A DNA stretch of 50,083 nucleotides, taken from Brevundimonas sp. UBA986 (lineage in GTDB: Bacteria; Pseudomonadota; Alphaproteobacteria; Caulobacterales; Caulobacteraceae). Below the pieces are notes generated by a model. It had not been told where the DNA came from. It ran no database searches and saw nothing but the letters and a program-made list of their open reading frames with translations. The stretch lies in assembly GCA_002292165.1 (NCBI GenBank), contig DBBK01000259.1, positions 1 through 50,083 on the forward strand. The letters are read 5' to 3'. Position 1 is the stretch's first letter; each line of letters opens with the position of its first letter. The position numbers and the translations under genes were made by a program. This document shows, one piece after another, positions 8,851 through 18,198 of this stretch.

Positions 8851-9732
8851 TTACGCCGGAACTTTGCGCGAGGCGGTCAGGGTGGCGAAGTAGACGTCCT
8901 CCAGCCCGCCCGCGACAGGCTCGAAGCCCTCGCCCGGACGGCGGTCGGACAGGACGTGGATGACGGTCTTGCCGGCGAACAGGCGCGTGGAGATGACCTC
9001 GTAGCGGTCGCGCGCCTCCTTGAGCGCCTCCTTGTCGATGGTCTTCTTCCAGACCCGGCCGTCCATCTCCTTGATGAGTTCCAGCGGGGCGCCCTGACGC
9101 TGGATCTTGCCGCCCGCCAGCACCGCCATGCGCGGGCAGAGGTCGGCGACGTCCTCGACGATATGGGTCGACAGGATGATCACGACATTGTCGGCGATCT
9201 CGGCCAGCAGGTTCAGGAAGCGGTTGCGCTCCTCGGGGTCAAGGCCCGCGGTGGGCTCGTCGACGATGATCAGTTTCGGATTGCCGATCAGGGCCTGGGC
9301 GATGCCGAAGCGCTGGCGCATCCCTCCCGAGAAGCCGGCCAGGGCCTTGTTGCGCACGGGCCAGAGGTTGACCTGCTGGAGCAGGCTCTCGACCGTCGCC
9401 TTGCGGTCCTTGCCCGAGGCGATGCCCTTGAGCACCGCCATATGATCGAGCATGTCGTAGGCCGAGACGCGCGGATAGACGCCGAAATCCTGGGGCAGAT
9501 AGCCGAGGGTGCGGCGCAGCAGGTCGGGGTCCTTGATCACGTCGATGCCGTCGAAATCGATCGAACCCGAGGTCGGGGTCTGAAGCGTGGCGATCGAGCG
9601 CATCAGGGTCGACTTGCCCGCCCCGTTCGGGCCGAGCAGGCCGAACATCCCGGTCGGGACCTCCAGGCTGACGTTATCGAGCGCCTTCGTCCCGTTGCCG
9701 TAGACGTGGACGAGATTCTTGATCGACAGCAT
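8851..9732 (-). CDS. ABC transporter ATP-binding protein
   Basis: Walker A GPNGAGKS, signature FSGGMRQR, Walker B IIVDEP, H-loop STH; start MLSIKNL. Confidence 0.96.
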   Translation of the reverse strand: MLSIKNLVHVYGNGTKALDNVSLEVPTGMFGLLGPNGAGKSTLMRSIATLQTPTSGSIDFDGIDVIKDPDLLRRTLGYLPQDFGVYPRVSAYDMLDHMAVLKGIASGKDRKATVESLLQQVNLWPVRNKALAGFSGGMRQRFGIAQALIGNPKLIIVDEPTAGLDPEERNRFLNLLAEIADNVVIILSTHIVEDVADLCPRMAVLAGGKIQRQGAPLELIKEMDGRVWKKTIDKEALKEARDRYEVISTRLFAGKTVIHVLSDRRPGEGFEPVAGGLEDVYFATLTASRKVPA

Positions 9733-9785
9733 GAGGCGCCCCTTTTTCGCAGTACGGTGGACAGTCCTGAACCGGCCCCCGACTT

Positions 9786-9803
9786 TGTCAAGCGACCTTG
9801 TCA
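9786..9803. promoter_or_regulatory. Putative operator palindrome overlapping a minus-strand TTGACA -35 box of the ABC operon
   Basis: TGTCAAG-CGAC-CTTGTCA, one mismatch from a perfect palindrome; resembles the boxes at 32344-32407; extra GTAAGG half-site at 9835-9840. Confidence 0.45.
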
Positions 9804-9904
9804 TCGGCGACCGCCCTCCGCAAGTTACCGACTTGTAAGGATAGCCAGGCGGCCCGTCGTTGTTCGCTCTGGCGTCGCGGCCCGGCCCGGACCACTATCG
9901 CCCC

Positions 9905-10561
9905 ATGCCGTCGCCCAAACGCCTGATCCATCTGCACTGGACCCTGTTGCTGGCCCTGGCCTGCGCGATCGCGGTGGGAGTGCTGACCCCGGCCGACTGG
10001 CGCTGGCCGACGCGGGTCGCCTCGGGGTGGGACGCGGGCGTCGGCCTGTTCCTGCTGGTCAGCGTGATCAAGCTGGCGCGCATCCGCTCGCTGGACACGA
10101 TCCGCAAACGCGCCGCCGAACTGGACGACGCCGGGGCCGCCGTCCTGCCTGTCAGTTGGATCGCGGCCATGGCCAGCGTGGTCATCGTCATCGGCGAGAC
10201 GGCGGGCGCCCCGGCCAGCGAGGCGGCGTCGAGCGCCTTCCTGACCATCACGACGGTGGCCCTGTCGTGGTGCTTCATCCATCTGATTTTCGCCGAACAC
10301 TACGCCCATGGCTTCTACGGGCCGGGTGAGAAGGGAAAGGATCGGGGCGGGCTGATCTTCCCCGGCGAGACCGAGCCCGACTACTGGGACTTCATCCACT
10401 TCGCCCTGATCATCGGCGTGGCCAGCCAGACCGCCGACATCCAGATCGCCGACCGCCGCCTGCGCCGCATCTCCTCGATCCACAGCGTCACCGCCTTCGT
10501 GTTCAACACGGTGATCGTGGCGCTGGCGGTAAACTTCGCCGTCAGCCTGCTGGGGCACTAG
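9905..10561 (+). CDS. DUF1345 family membrane protein
   Basis: HYAHGFY, GGLIFPG..EPDYWDFIHFA..IG...QTAD and HSVTAFVFNT motifs. Confidence 0.88.
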   Translation: MPSPKRLIHLHWTLLLALACAIAVGVLTPADWRWPTRVASGWDAGVGLFLLVSVIKLARIRSLDTIRKRAAELDDAGAAVLPVSWIAAMASVVIVIGETAGAPASEAASSAFLTITTVALSWCFIHLIFAEHYAHGFYGPGEKGKDRGGLIFPGETEPDYWDFIHFALIIGVASQTADIQIADRRLRRISSIHSVTAFVFNTVIVALAVNFAVSLLGH

Positions 10562-10584
10562 AGGCCGCAAAACGCCGCTACGCC

Positions 10585-10613
10585 TTGACTTCGCCACATG
10601 AAGCGCCCATCTG
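10585..10613 (+). promoter_or_regulatory. Putative sigma70-type promoter of the DEAD-box helicase, implying a ~235-nt 5' leader
   Basis: TTGACT-N17-CATCTG. Confidence 0.35.
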
Positions 10614-10855
10614 CGCTGCGTCGCACAATTGCGGCCCCCGGTGCGCTCCAGCGCGTGTGGGTCTTCACCTCCCCGTCGAAGACCTGACTGTAGCAGCGGC
10701 CGGCCCTCAAAATCATTCGCTGCCCGGACACGCGGGGCGGCGCCCGATCCACCCCGAAGGCCTCATCCAGAGGCTCCGTCGGGACTGGCGGCGCGCGGCC
10801 CTATCTGGCGTTGAGCCATGGCTGATGCGCGTCGCCGCACGCGAAAGACATACGA

Positions 10856-12400
10856 GTGAGCACGACTTTTGAATCCATGGGCCTGAACAAGGCCCTGCTG
10901 CAGGCCCTCACCACCGAGGGCTATACCAACCCGACCCCGATCCAGGCCCAGGCCATCCCCTCGGTCATGACCGGCAAGGACCTGCTGGGCATCGCCCAGA
11001 CCGGCACCGGCAAGACCGCGGCCTTCGCCCTGCCGATCCTGCATCGTCTGGCCGAGAACCGCGTCGCCCCGGCGCCGCGCACCACCCGCACCCTCATCCT
11101 GTCGCCCACGCGCGAACTGGCCAGCCAGATCGCCGACAGCTTCAAGGCCTATGGCCGTCACCTCGGCTTCAAGGTCGCGGTGGTGTTCGGCGGCGTGAAG
11201 TACGGCCCGCAGGAACGCGCCCTGCAGGGCGGCCTCGACGTCCTGGTCGCGACCCCCGGCCGTCTGCTGGACCATATGCAGCAGAAGACCATCGACCTGT
11301 CGTCAACCGAGATCTTCGTCCTCGACGAGGCCGACCAGATGCTGGACCTCGGCTTCGTCAAGCCGATCCGCCAGATCGTCGCCCGCATCCCGGCCAAGCG
11401 CCAGAACCTGTTCTTCTCCGCCACCATGCCGACCGAAATCGGCAAGCTGGCCGGCGAACTGCTCAAGGACCCGGTCAAGGTCCAGGTGACGCCGCAGTCG
11501 ACCACCGTTCAGCGCATCTCGCAGTCGGTCGTGCACATCGAACAGGGCCGCAAGCGCGCCCTGCTGACCGAGATGTTCGCCGACCCCGAGTACACGCGCT
11601 GCCTGGTCTTCACCAAGACCAAGCACGGCGCCGACAAGGTCGCGGCCTATCTGGAAGCCGGCGGCGTCCAGGCGGGCGCCATCCACGGCAACAAGTCCCA
11701 GCCCCAGCGTGAACGCACCCTGGCCGCCTTCAAGGCCGGCAAGCTGCGCGTTCTGGTCGCCACCGACATCGCCGCGCGCGGCATCGACGTCGACGGCGTC
11801 TCGCACGTCGTGAACTTCGAACTGCCCTTCGTGCCGGAAGCCTATGTCCACCGCATCGGCCGGACGGCCCGCGCGGGCAAGGACGGCACCGCCGTCAGCT
11901 TCGTCGCCGGCGACGAGATGAAGCTGCTGCGCGACATCGAGAAGGTCACGCGCCAGAAGATCCCGGCGACCGACCGCCGCAACGACAAGGCCCTGGGTCT
12001 GCTCGACCAGTCGATCATGGCTTCGGGCGTCGCCTCCAAGGCCTCCATGCCCGACGATGGCCGTGGCGACCGTCAGCAGCGCGGCCCGCGCAACCCGCGT
12101 CGCGACGGCGTCAAGCCCGAGCACGGCGGCCAGCCGCACCGCGTCCGTAAGGGCGGCAACCGGGGCGGTGGCGAGGGTCAACGCGACCGCACCCACCACA
12201 ACGACCGTGGTGAGCGTTCCGTGGCCTCGACCCAGCCTTTCGATCCGCTGGCCGCCGACCGCGCCCGCTCGGCCGCGAACGCCAACCGTCCGCAGACGCC
12301 GCGCCCCGAAGGCCAGGCCAAGCCCGACGGTGAGTTCAAGCGCCGCCCGCGCGGCCGTCGCCCGTCCAATGGCGGCAAGGGCTACGCCTCCAAGGGCTGA
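10856..12400 (+). CDS. rhlE: DEAD-box ATP-dependent RNA helicase, RhlE-like
   Basis: Q motif PTPIQ, AQTGTGKT, PTRELA, DEAD, SAT, ARGID, HRIGRTAR; basic disordered C-terminal tail; GTG start. Confidence 0.93.
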   Translation: MSTTFESMGLNKALLQALTTEGYTNPTPIQAQAIPSVMTGKDLLGIAQTGTGKTAAFALPILHRLAENRVAPAPRTTRTLILSPTRELASQIADSFKAYGRHLGFKVAVVFGGVKYGPQERALQGGLDVLVATPGRLLDHMQQKTIDLSSTEIFVLDEADQMLDLGFVKPIRQIVARIPAKRQNLFFSATMPTEIGKLAGELLKDPVKVQVTPQSTTVQRISQSVVHIEQGRKRALLTEMFADPEYTRCLVFTKTKHGADKVAAYLEAGGVQAGAIHGNKSQPQRERTLAAFKAGKLRVLVATDIAARGIDVDGVSHVVNFELPFVPEAYVHRIGRTARAGKDGTAVSFVAGDEMKLLRDIEKVTRQKIPATDRRNDKALGLLDQSIMASGVASKASMPDDGRGDRQQRGPRNPRRDGVKPEHGGQPHRVRKGGNRGGGEGQRDRTHHNDRGERSVASTQPFDPLAADRARSAANANRPQTPRPEGQAKPDGEFKRRPRGRRPSNGGKGYASKG

Positions 12401-12422
12401 GCCTTGAGGCCTGACTGAAAAG

Positions 12423-12455
12423 AAGCCCGCCCGGTTCGCGCCGGGCGGGCTTTTT
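12423..12455 (+). terminator. Rho-independent terminator after the helicase, possibly bidirectional
   Basis: AAGCCCGCCCGG-ttcgcg-CCGGGCGGGCTT followed by TTT. Confidence 0.85.
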
Positions 12456-12473
12456 CCTTGCATGACGCGCAGC

Positions 12474-12505
12474 AAAAAGGCCGGCCCTGTGAGGGACCGG
12501 CCTTT
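12474..12505 (-). terminator. Rho-independent terminator after the fadL-type gene
   Basis: AAAAAGGCCGG...CCGGCCTTT; the A-run gives a U-tract on the minus strand. Confidence 0.75.
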
Positions 12506-12529
12506 CTGTTATCGGACGCTATCGCTGGA

Positions 12530-13834
12530 TCAGAAGGCCCAGCGCACGCCGACCGAGGCGCCGATGCCGTAGCCTTCGGCGGTGCCGCGCAGGTTGGACG
12601 TCGTCGCCGCCGCGGTGCCCGCATACGAGGTGTGCGAGCTGGCGATGTCGCTGTCCGAGAAGGCGATGTAGGTCAGGCCGGTGTCGACGGTCATCGAGTC
12701 CGTGGCCTTGACCGAGACACCGCCCGAGAACAGCCAGCGGTCGGCGTCCGGGATACGGGCGGTGCGCTCGCCGTCGCGGGTCGGGGTCGGGTCATAGCCG
12801 ATGCCGCCGCGGAAGGTGACGCGGTCGTTGGCGACATAGTCGAAGCCGACGGCGCCGGTGGTCACGTCCTTGTAGTCCTGGACGTAGGTGTCGCCGCCGG
12901 TCGCGGCGTAGCGGATGCGGATGGCGTCGAACTCGGACCAGCCGATGCGGTTGACCTGGGCGTTCAGGGTCAGCTTGTCGTTGACGGCGTAACGGACCGA
13001 GGCCGAGGCGAACCACGGGGTGTTGAAGCCGGCCGTGCCCGAACCGGTGTAGTTGCCGGCGGCGATCGGACCCAGCAGGCCGGTGATGGCGACATCGCCG
13101 TCCAGCTCATGCTCGATCTTGGAGCGGTAGCTCAGGCCGAAGTTCCAACGGCCGGTGTGGGCCTGGGCGCCGACGTTCCAGCCGTAGTCCCAGCCGTTGC
13201 CTTCCAGCGAGGAGTTGCCGTCGGGCAGCAGGGGCGACAGGTTCGGCAGGGCCGAGGTCAGCTTGGCCTTGACGTACTGGGCGTCGACGCCGACGCCGAG
13301 GTCCAGCCAGTCCGTCACCTTCATGGCGCCGACGACGCTGACGTTGGCCGAGCGCAGCTCGGAGGTCAGGGCGTCATAGCGGGCGAAGGAGCCCGGGGCG
13401 TATTTGGTGGTGAAGTTGTAGGGGGCTTCAACGGCCAGGCCGACGGCGAAGCGGTCGCCGATCGGGGTCGAGATGGCGAAGTTGGGGACGATGCCGCTTT
13501 CGATCGGGTCGCCGTTGTGGGCCTGGCCCTGGACCGGAACGGTCGTGCCGCCCGGATAGGTGATGGTCGAGCCGGCGTTGTCGACGTCGGAATCGAGCAG
13601 CAGGCCGTGCATGCCGACATAGACCTCGCGGCCCGAGCGGGCGATCGAGGCGGGGTTCCACCACATGGAGGCGACGCCGGTGTCGGCGGCTTCACCCGAA
13701 TAGGCGCGGCCGGCGCCGCGGGCCGACTGTTCCTGCAGATAGAAGGAACCGGCCAGCGAGGGGGTGGCGACCGAGGCCAGCAGGGCCGCGGTCAGGGTCA
13801 GACCGCCGAGGCGGGCGACTTGGGGAGCGTTCAT
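12530..13834 (-). CDS. fadL: OmpP1/FadL family outer-membrane transporter
   Basis: Signal peptide, then GSFYLQEQSARGAGRAYSG, WWNPA, RIPDADR; C-terminal Phe. Confidence 0.92.
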   Translation of the reverse strand: MNAPQVARLGGLTLTAALLASVATPSLAGSFYLQEQSARGAGRAYSGEAADTGVASMWWNPASIARSGREVYVGMHGLLLDSDVDNAGSTITYPGGTTVPVQGQAHNGDPIESGIVPNFAISTPIGDRFAVGLAVEAPYNFTTKYAPGSFARYDALTSELRSANVSVVGAMKVTDWLDLGVGVDAQYVKAKLTSALPNLSPLLPDGNSSLEGNGWDYGWNVGAQAHTGRWNFGLSYRSKIEHELDGDVAITGLLGPIAAGNYTGSGTAGFNTPWFASASVRYAVNDKLTLNAQVNRIGWSEFDAIRIRYAATGGDTYVQDYKDVTTGAVGFDYVANDRVTFRGGIGYDPTPTRDGERTARIPDADRWLFSGGVSVKATDSMTVDTGLTYIAFSDSDIASSHTSYAGTAAATTSNLRGTAEGYGIGASVGVRWAF

Positions 13835-14168
13835 GGAATTACCTTTTGCGGACGCCCCGGTTTCGCCCGGTGCGGCCCTGTTTCCTGGGAATTGAAAAGG
13901 TCTTGGGGAGGCCTTCGGACCCGCAAATGCGCATTCGGGCAAACCGTTGCAACGATTTTGACGAATTTGTTTCGGATCGCCGTTAGATGGAACGTTTCAA
14001 GGGCATACTGTGCCTCCGAAGTCGCAAAATCAGGCGACAACCACCGTTTCCGTAAGGGAAACATACACTGTGACGGTTGTTCGCCGACCCTTGATCGAAA
14101 TCGCGTAGCCGCTACCGTTCCCGACAACCTCCGGAGGCATCCTTCGGTCGAATCCACGGGGCCGGGTC

Positions 14169-14939
14169 TTGAGCGACTTCATCGCCGACGACGACACGCC
14201 ACAAAATGGACCGTCATTGGCCGGAACGCCCGCGCCGGCCAAAAGTCGCAACGCGGGCCATCGCGAACGTCTCCGCGAACGGGCGGCGAAGGGCGGGATC
14301 GACGCCCTGCCCGACTATGAACTGCTGGAGATGCTGCTCTTCCGCAGCATTCCCTATCGGGACACCAAACCCCTGGCCAAGGACCTGCTGGCGCGCTTCG
14401 GCAGTCTGGAAGGCATTGGGGCGGCGAGCCATGAGGCCATCGATGACCAAATCGCCAAGTCGCTGTCGATCGTGCGCGGGAAGCTGTCGCGAGCGACGGC
14501 CCTGGACCTTCAGCTGATCTATGACGTCGCGCGGCGGGTGGCGCGCGAGCCGGCGTCGAAGCGGCCGGTGATCTCGTCCTGGAGCGCGCTACTGGCCTAT
14601 GTGCGCGTCGCCCTGCAACATGAGCCGCGCGAGCAGTTCCGCGTCCTCTATCTCGACAAGAAGAACCAGCTGATCCTCGACGAGATCCAGAACCGGGGCA
14701 CGGTCGACCACGCCCCCGTCTATCCGCGCGAGGTGGTGCGCCGGGCGCTGGAGCTGTCGTCGTCCAGCCTGATCCTGGTGCACAACCACCCTTCGGGCGA
14801 TCCGACCCCCAGCCGCGCCGACGTCGACATGACCAGACAGATCATCGCCGCTGGACGCGCGCTCAATGTCGAGGTTCATGATCATCTGGTGGTCGGCCGC
14901 GACGGCGTGGCCAGTTTCAAGCAGCTGGGGCTGATATGA
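14169..14939 (+). CDS. radC: RadC/UPF0758 JAB-domain protein
   Basis: [49 protein letters not shown]; TTG start uncertain. Confidence 0.93.
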   Translation: MSDFIADDDTPQNGPSLAGTPAPAKSRNAGHRERLRERAAKGGIDALPDYELLEMLLFRSIPYRDTKPLAKDLLARFGSLEGIGAASHEAIDDQIAKSLSIVRGKLSRATALDLQLIYDVARRVAREPASKRPVISSWSALLAYVRVALQHEPREQFRVLYLDKKNQLILDEIQNRGTVDHAPVYPREVVRRALELSSSSLILVHNHPSGDPTPSRADVDMTRQIIAAGRALNVEVHDHLVVGRDGVASFKQLGLI

Positions 14940-15925
14940 ACCTTTCCCGCCGGGCCATGCTGGCCGCTTCCGGCCTCGCGACGGTTGCGGGCGCCGCGCG
15001 CGCCGATGTCCCGACCCCCGCCGTCGTGGTCTCGACCTGGGACTTCGGCGCCGCCGCCAACGCCGAGGCGGTCAGGGCGAGGATGGCGGGCGGCTCCGGG
15101 CTGGACATGGTCGAGGCGGGAGCCAGGGTTCCCGAGGCCGATCCGACCAACCACTCCGTCGGCTATGGCGGCTATCCCGACCGGGACGGCCATGTGACGC
15201 TGGATTCGGTGGTCATGGACCACGCCGGCAATGTCGGGGCCGTCGCGGCGCTGGAAGACATCGTCCACGCCGTCTCGGTGGCGCGCGCCGTGCTGGAGAA
15301 GACGCCCCACACCATGCTGGTCGGCGTCGGGGCGCGCAGCTTCGCCGTCGATCAGGGCTTTCCCCTGACCAACCTCCTGACGCCCGAGGCAGAGGCGGCG
15401 TGGAAGGACTGGCTGAAAACGGCCCAATACGCCCCGCGCATCAACAGCGAGAATACCGATTGGCGCTCGCAGCCGGGCGGCCCCGGCAACCACGACACCA
15501 TCGGCATCCTGGGCATCGGTGCGGACGGCCATATGGCCGGCGCCTGCACCACCTCGGGCATGGCGTTCAAGATGCGCGGCCGGGTCGGCGACAGCCCGAT
15601 CGTCGGGGCGGGACTCTATGTCGATGACGAGGTCGGTGCGGCGACCGCCACCGGGGTCGGCGAGGACGTGGTGCGGATCTGCGGCTCCCATTCGGTGGTC
15701 GAGGCCATGCGTCACGGGATGGAGCCAAGCGAGGCCTGCCGGTCGGTAATCGAGCGTCTGGCCCGGCTGCGCGGGACGGCGATCAAGGACCACCAGGTCG
15801 CCCTTCTGGCCCTGTCGAAGACCGGCGTCGCGGGCGGATGGGCCCTGCAGCCCGGCTTCACCTATGCCGTCACGGACGCCGCCGGGAACACCCGCATCGA
15901 TCGGGCCGGATCCTTCTTCAGTTAA
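14936..15925 (+). CDS. N4-(beta-N-acetylglucosaminyl)-L-asparaginase (Ntn hydrolase), Tat-exported
   Basis: SRRAML Tat motif; [12 protein letters not shown]; HD|TIG autocleavage site; [12 protein letters not shown]; ATGA overlap with radC. Confidence 0.9.
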   Translation: MNLSRRAMLAASGLATVAGAARADVPTPAVVVSTWDFGAAANAEAVRARMAGGSGLDMVEAGARVPEADPTNHSVGYGGYPDRDGHVTLDSVVMDHAGNVGAVAALEDIVHAVSVARAVLEKTPHTMLVGVGARSFAVDQGFPLTNLLTPEAEAAWKDWLKTAQYAPRINSENTDWRSQPGGPGNHDTIGILGIGADGHMAGACTTSGMAFKMRGRVGDSPIVGAGLYVDDEVGAATATGVGEDVVRICGSHSVVEAMRHGMEPSEACRSVIERLARLRGTAIKDHQVALLALSKTGVAGGWALQPGFTYAVTDAAGNTRIDRAGSFFS

Positions 15926-15977
15926 CGGCGACGGTGGGGGCTTCCCCTTCCCGCCGGGCGATGGAAGGAATGGGCGC

Positions 15978-16496
15978 ATGACAATTCTGACCACCGACCG
16001 CCTGATCCTGACCCCCGTGGCGATCTCCGATTTCGAGGACCTGAAGGCCGTCTGGGGCGACGAGGCCTTCACCCGCGCCATCACCGGCCGCGCGCTCGGC
16101 GAGGAAGAGGTCTGGTTCCGCCTGCTGCGCGACCTGGGTCACTGGCAGGCGATGGGGCACGGCAACTGGGCGATGCGGTCGCGCGACACCGGCGCCTATG
16201 TCGGCAGCGTCGGGGTGCTCCACTATCTGCGCACGCTCGAACAGCCCTTCGACGCGCCCGAGCTGGGCTGGGGCGTAGCCTCGGCCTTTCAGGGTCAGGG
16301 CCTGGCGCGCGAGGGGCTGGAGGCGGCGCTCCGCTGGGCCGACACCGGGTTGAAGGCGCCGCGCACCGTCTGCATGATCTCGCCCGACAACGCCCCCTCG
16401 CTGAAACTGGCCGAACGGGTCGGCTATCGCCCCTACGCCGACGCCTTCTACAAGGACCACCTCGTCCATCTGCTGGAGCGGCCCGCCGCTGTGTGA
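15978..16496 (+). CDS. GNAT (RimJ/RimL-type) acetyltransferase
   Basis: TDRLIL, PELGW, FQGQGLARE, NAPSLKLAERVG. Confidence 0.88.
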   Translation: MTILTTDRLILTPVAISDFEDLKAVWGDEAFTRAITGRALGEEEVWFRLLRDLGHWQAMGHGNWAMRSRDTGAYVGSVGVLHYLRTLEQPFDAPELGWGVASAFQGQGLAREGLEAALRWADTGLKAPRTVCMISPDNAPSLKLAERVGYRPYADAFYKDHLVHLLERPAAV

Positions 16497-16568
16497 CCTC
16501 TTCCGCGTATGCGGGACATTAAGGTTTATCGGTCATTTTCCCTGTGAGAAGACCGCGAGACCGCCCGC

Positions 16569-16808
16569 ATGCCCATGTCCGTCGAAACGCTGCACGCCCA
16601 TCTGGCCGAAGCTTTTCCCGACGCCGAGATCGCCATCGACGATCTGGCCGGCGACGGCGACCACTATCGCGCGCGCATCGTCTCGACCGCCTTCGCCGGC
16701 CTGCCGCGCGTGCGTCAGCATCAGCTCGTCTACGCCGCCCTGAAGGGCAAGATGGGCGGCGAACTGCACGCCCTGGCGCTCGAAACCTCTATTCCGGCTG
16801 GAGGCTGA
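16569..16808 (+). CDS. bolA: BolA family protein
   Basis: DLAGDGDHY, F.G..RVRQHQLVY.AL, LHALAL. Confidence 0.93.
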   Translation: MPMSVETLHAHLAEAFPDAEIAIDDLAGDGDHYRARIVSTAFAGLPRVRQHQLVYAALKGKMGGELHALALETSIPAGG

Positions 16809-16812
16809 ACCC

Positions 16813-17742
16813 ATGCGCTATCGCCCCTTCGGCTCCACCGGCGCCGCCATCTCCAACATCACCCTGAGCCTGGGTCTGGACGCCGTCTCGCGCGGGCCCG
16901 AGGCCGCCGCCGAGCTGATCTATTCGGCGCTCGAGGCCGGCATCAACAGCTACCGTCTGGAAAGCGCCGACCCGGTGCTGGCCGAGGTCGTGGGTCACGC
17001 CCTGTCCTCGGTCGAGCGCAAGCTTCTGATCGTCAGCCTGACGCTGGGCCGTCGCGACGGCCGCCGTCAGGACATGGACCGTGACTTCTCGGCCGAGAGC
17101 ATGACCCACGCCATTGATCGGGCCCTGCACGTCTCCGGCCTGGGCTGGATCGACGTCGCCCTGCTCGAGCGTCCGGGCGAGCACGAACTGCCGCAATCCT
17201 CGCTGAACGCCCTCAAGGCCCTGCGCGCGACCCAGCGGGTCCGCTTCCTCGGCGTCTTCGGCGACGGCGAGGTGATGGACGCCTATGTTTCGACCGGCGC
17301 CTTCGACGTCATCGCCACTCCGTCCAACGTCAACTCCTCGTGGAAGGTGCGTGCCCGTATCCGCGCCGCCCAGGAACAGGACATGGCGGTCATGGCCTAT
17401 GACTATTTCCCCGAGGCCCTGAACACCAAGAAGAAGGCCACCGCTGTTCACGAGGAGAAGAAGGGCTTCTTCGGCTTTGGAGGCGGCTCCAAGCGCGCCA
17501 AGGACGATCCCCTGGCCGGGGCGGGCACCTTCGCCTTCCTGCACGACACCCCGCATTGGGACGCGGAGTCGATCTGTCTGGCCCATGTCATGAACGACCC
17601 GGCCGTGGCCACCGTCCTGGTCCAGGCGCACGATATTCCCCGGCTCGAGGCCCTGGCGAAGATTCCCGACCGCGACATGCCCCCCGGCCTGTCCGCCCAG
17701 ATCGAAATGGCCCGCGTGGGGGCGGCCAACAAGGTCGCCTGA
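16813..17742 (+). CDS. Aldo/keto reductase-fold protein, catalytic residues apparently degenerate
   Basis: MRYRPFGSTG start, ALEAGIN, LGWID and VRFLGV framework of the AKR fold. Confidence 0.78.
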   Translation: MRYRPFGSTGAAISNITLSLGLDAVSRGPEAAAELIYSALEAGINSYRLESADPVLAEVVGHALSSVERKLLIVSLTLGRRDGRRQDMDRDFSAESMTHAIDRALHVSGLGWIDVALLERPGEHELPQSSLNALKALRATQRVRFLGVFGDGEVMDAYVSTGAFDVIATPSNVNSSWKVRARIRAAQEQDMAVMAYDYFPEALNTKKKATAVHEEKKGFFGFGGGSKRAKDDPLAGAGTFAFLHDTPHWDAESICLAHVMNDPAVATVLVQAHDIPRLEALAKIPDRDMPPGLSAQIEMARVGAANKVA

Positions 17743-17820
17743 GCCGCGTCAAAGCCGTGTCCGGCCTTGACCCAGGGGGCCTTCGTCCCTAGCTGACGGG
17801 CTGAACCAGAGGCCACTCCC

Positions 17821-18192
17821 ATGACCGATCAAGTCGTCGCCCCCAACGGCGCCCAGAGCGCCGATCCCGTCCACGCCTTCATCGCCCAGACGATCGCGGA
17901 CCACGCCGTCGTCCTGTTCATGAAGGGCACCCCGGACCAGCCGCGTTGCGGCTTCTCGTCCCTGTCAGTGCAAATCCTCGACCAGATCGAAGCCCCCTTC
18001 GTCGGCGTCGACGTGCTTCAGGACGAAGCCCTGCGCGACGGCATCAAGGTCTTCACCGACTGGCCGACCATTCCCCAGCTCTATGTGAAGGGCGAGTTCA
18101 TCGGCGGCTCGGACATCATCCGCGAGATGTTCCAGTCCGGCGAGCTCCAGGCCCTGCTGGCGGAAAAGGGCGTCGCCCTCGGTCAGGACTGA
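17821..18192 (+). CDS. grxD: Monothiol glutaredoxin, Grx4 family
   Basis: LFMKG, CGFS active site, WPTIPQLY, GGSD. Confidence 0.96.
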   Translation: MTDQVVAPNGAQSADPVHAFIAQTIADHAVVLFMKGTPDQPRCGFSSLSVQILDQIEAPFVGVDVLQDEALRDGIKVFTDWPTIPQLYVKGEFIGGSDIIREMFQSGELQALLAEKGVALGQD

Positions 18193-18198
18193 TCCGGC

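Noticed and set aside
5212-10329. 1705-aa plus-strand ORF and other long antisense ORFs (2178-5183, 12458-14320, 41068-43530 and similar)
   Set aside because: They are shadows of real genes on the opposite strand caused by high-GC codon bias; no recognisable motifs.
13835-14168. AT-rich fadL/radC intergenic region with short palindromes (CGTTGCAACG) as an ncRNA or specific operator
   Set aside because: Consistent with ordinary divergent promoters; no motif could be assigned.
14169-14939. radC as a marker of a mobile element
   Set aside because: It is the full-length chromosomal type with an N-terminal domain, among core genes, with no integrase or conjugation genes nearby.
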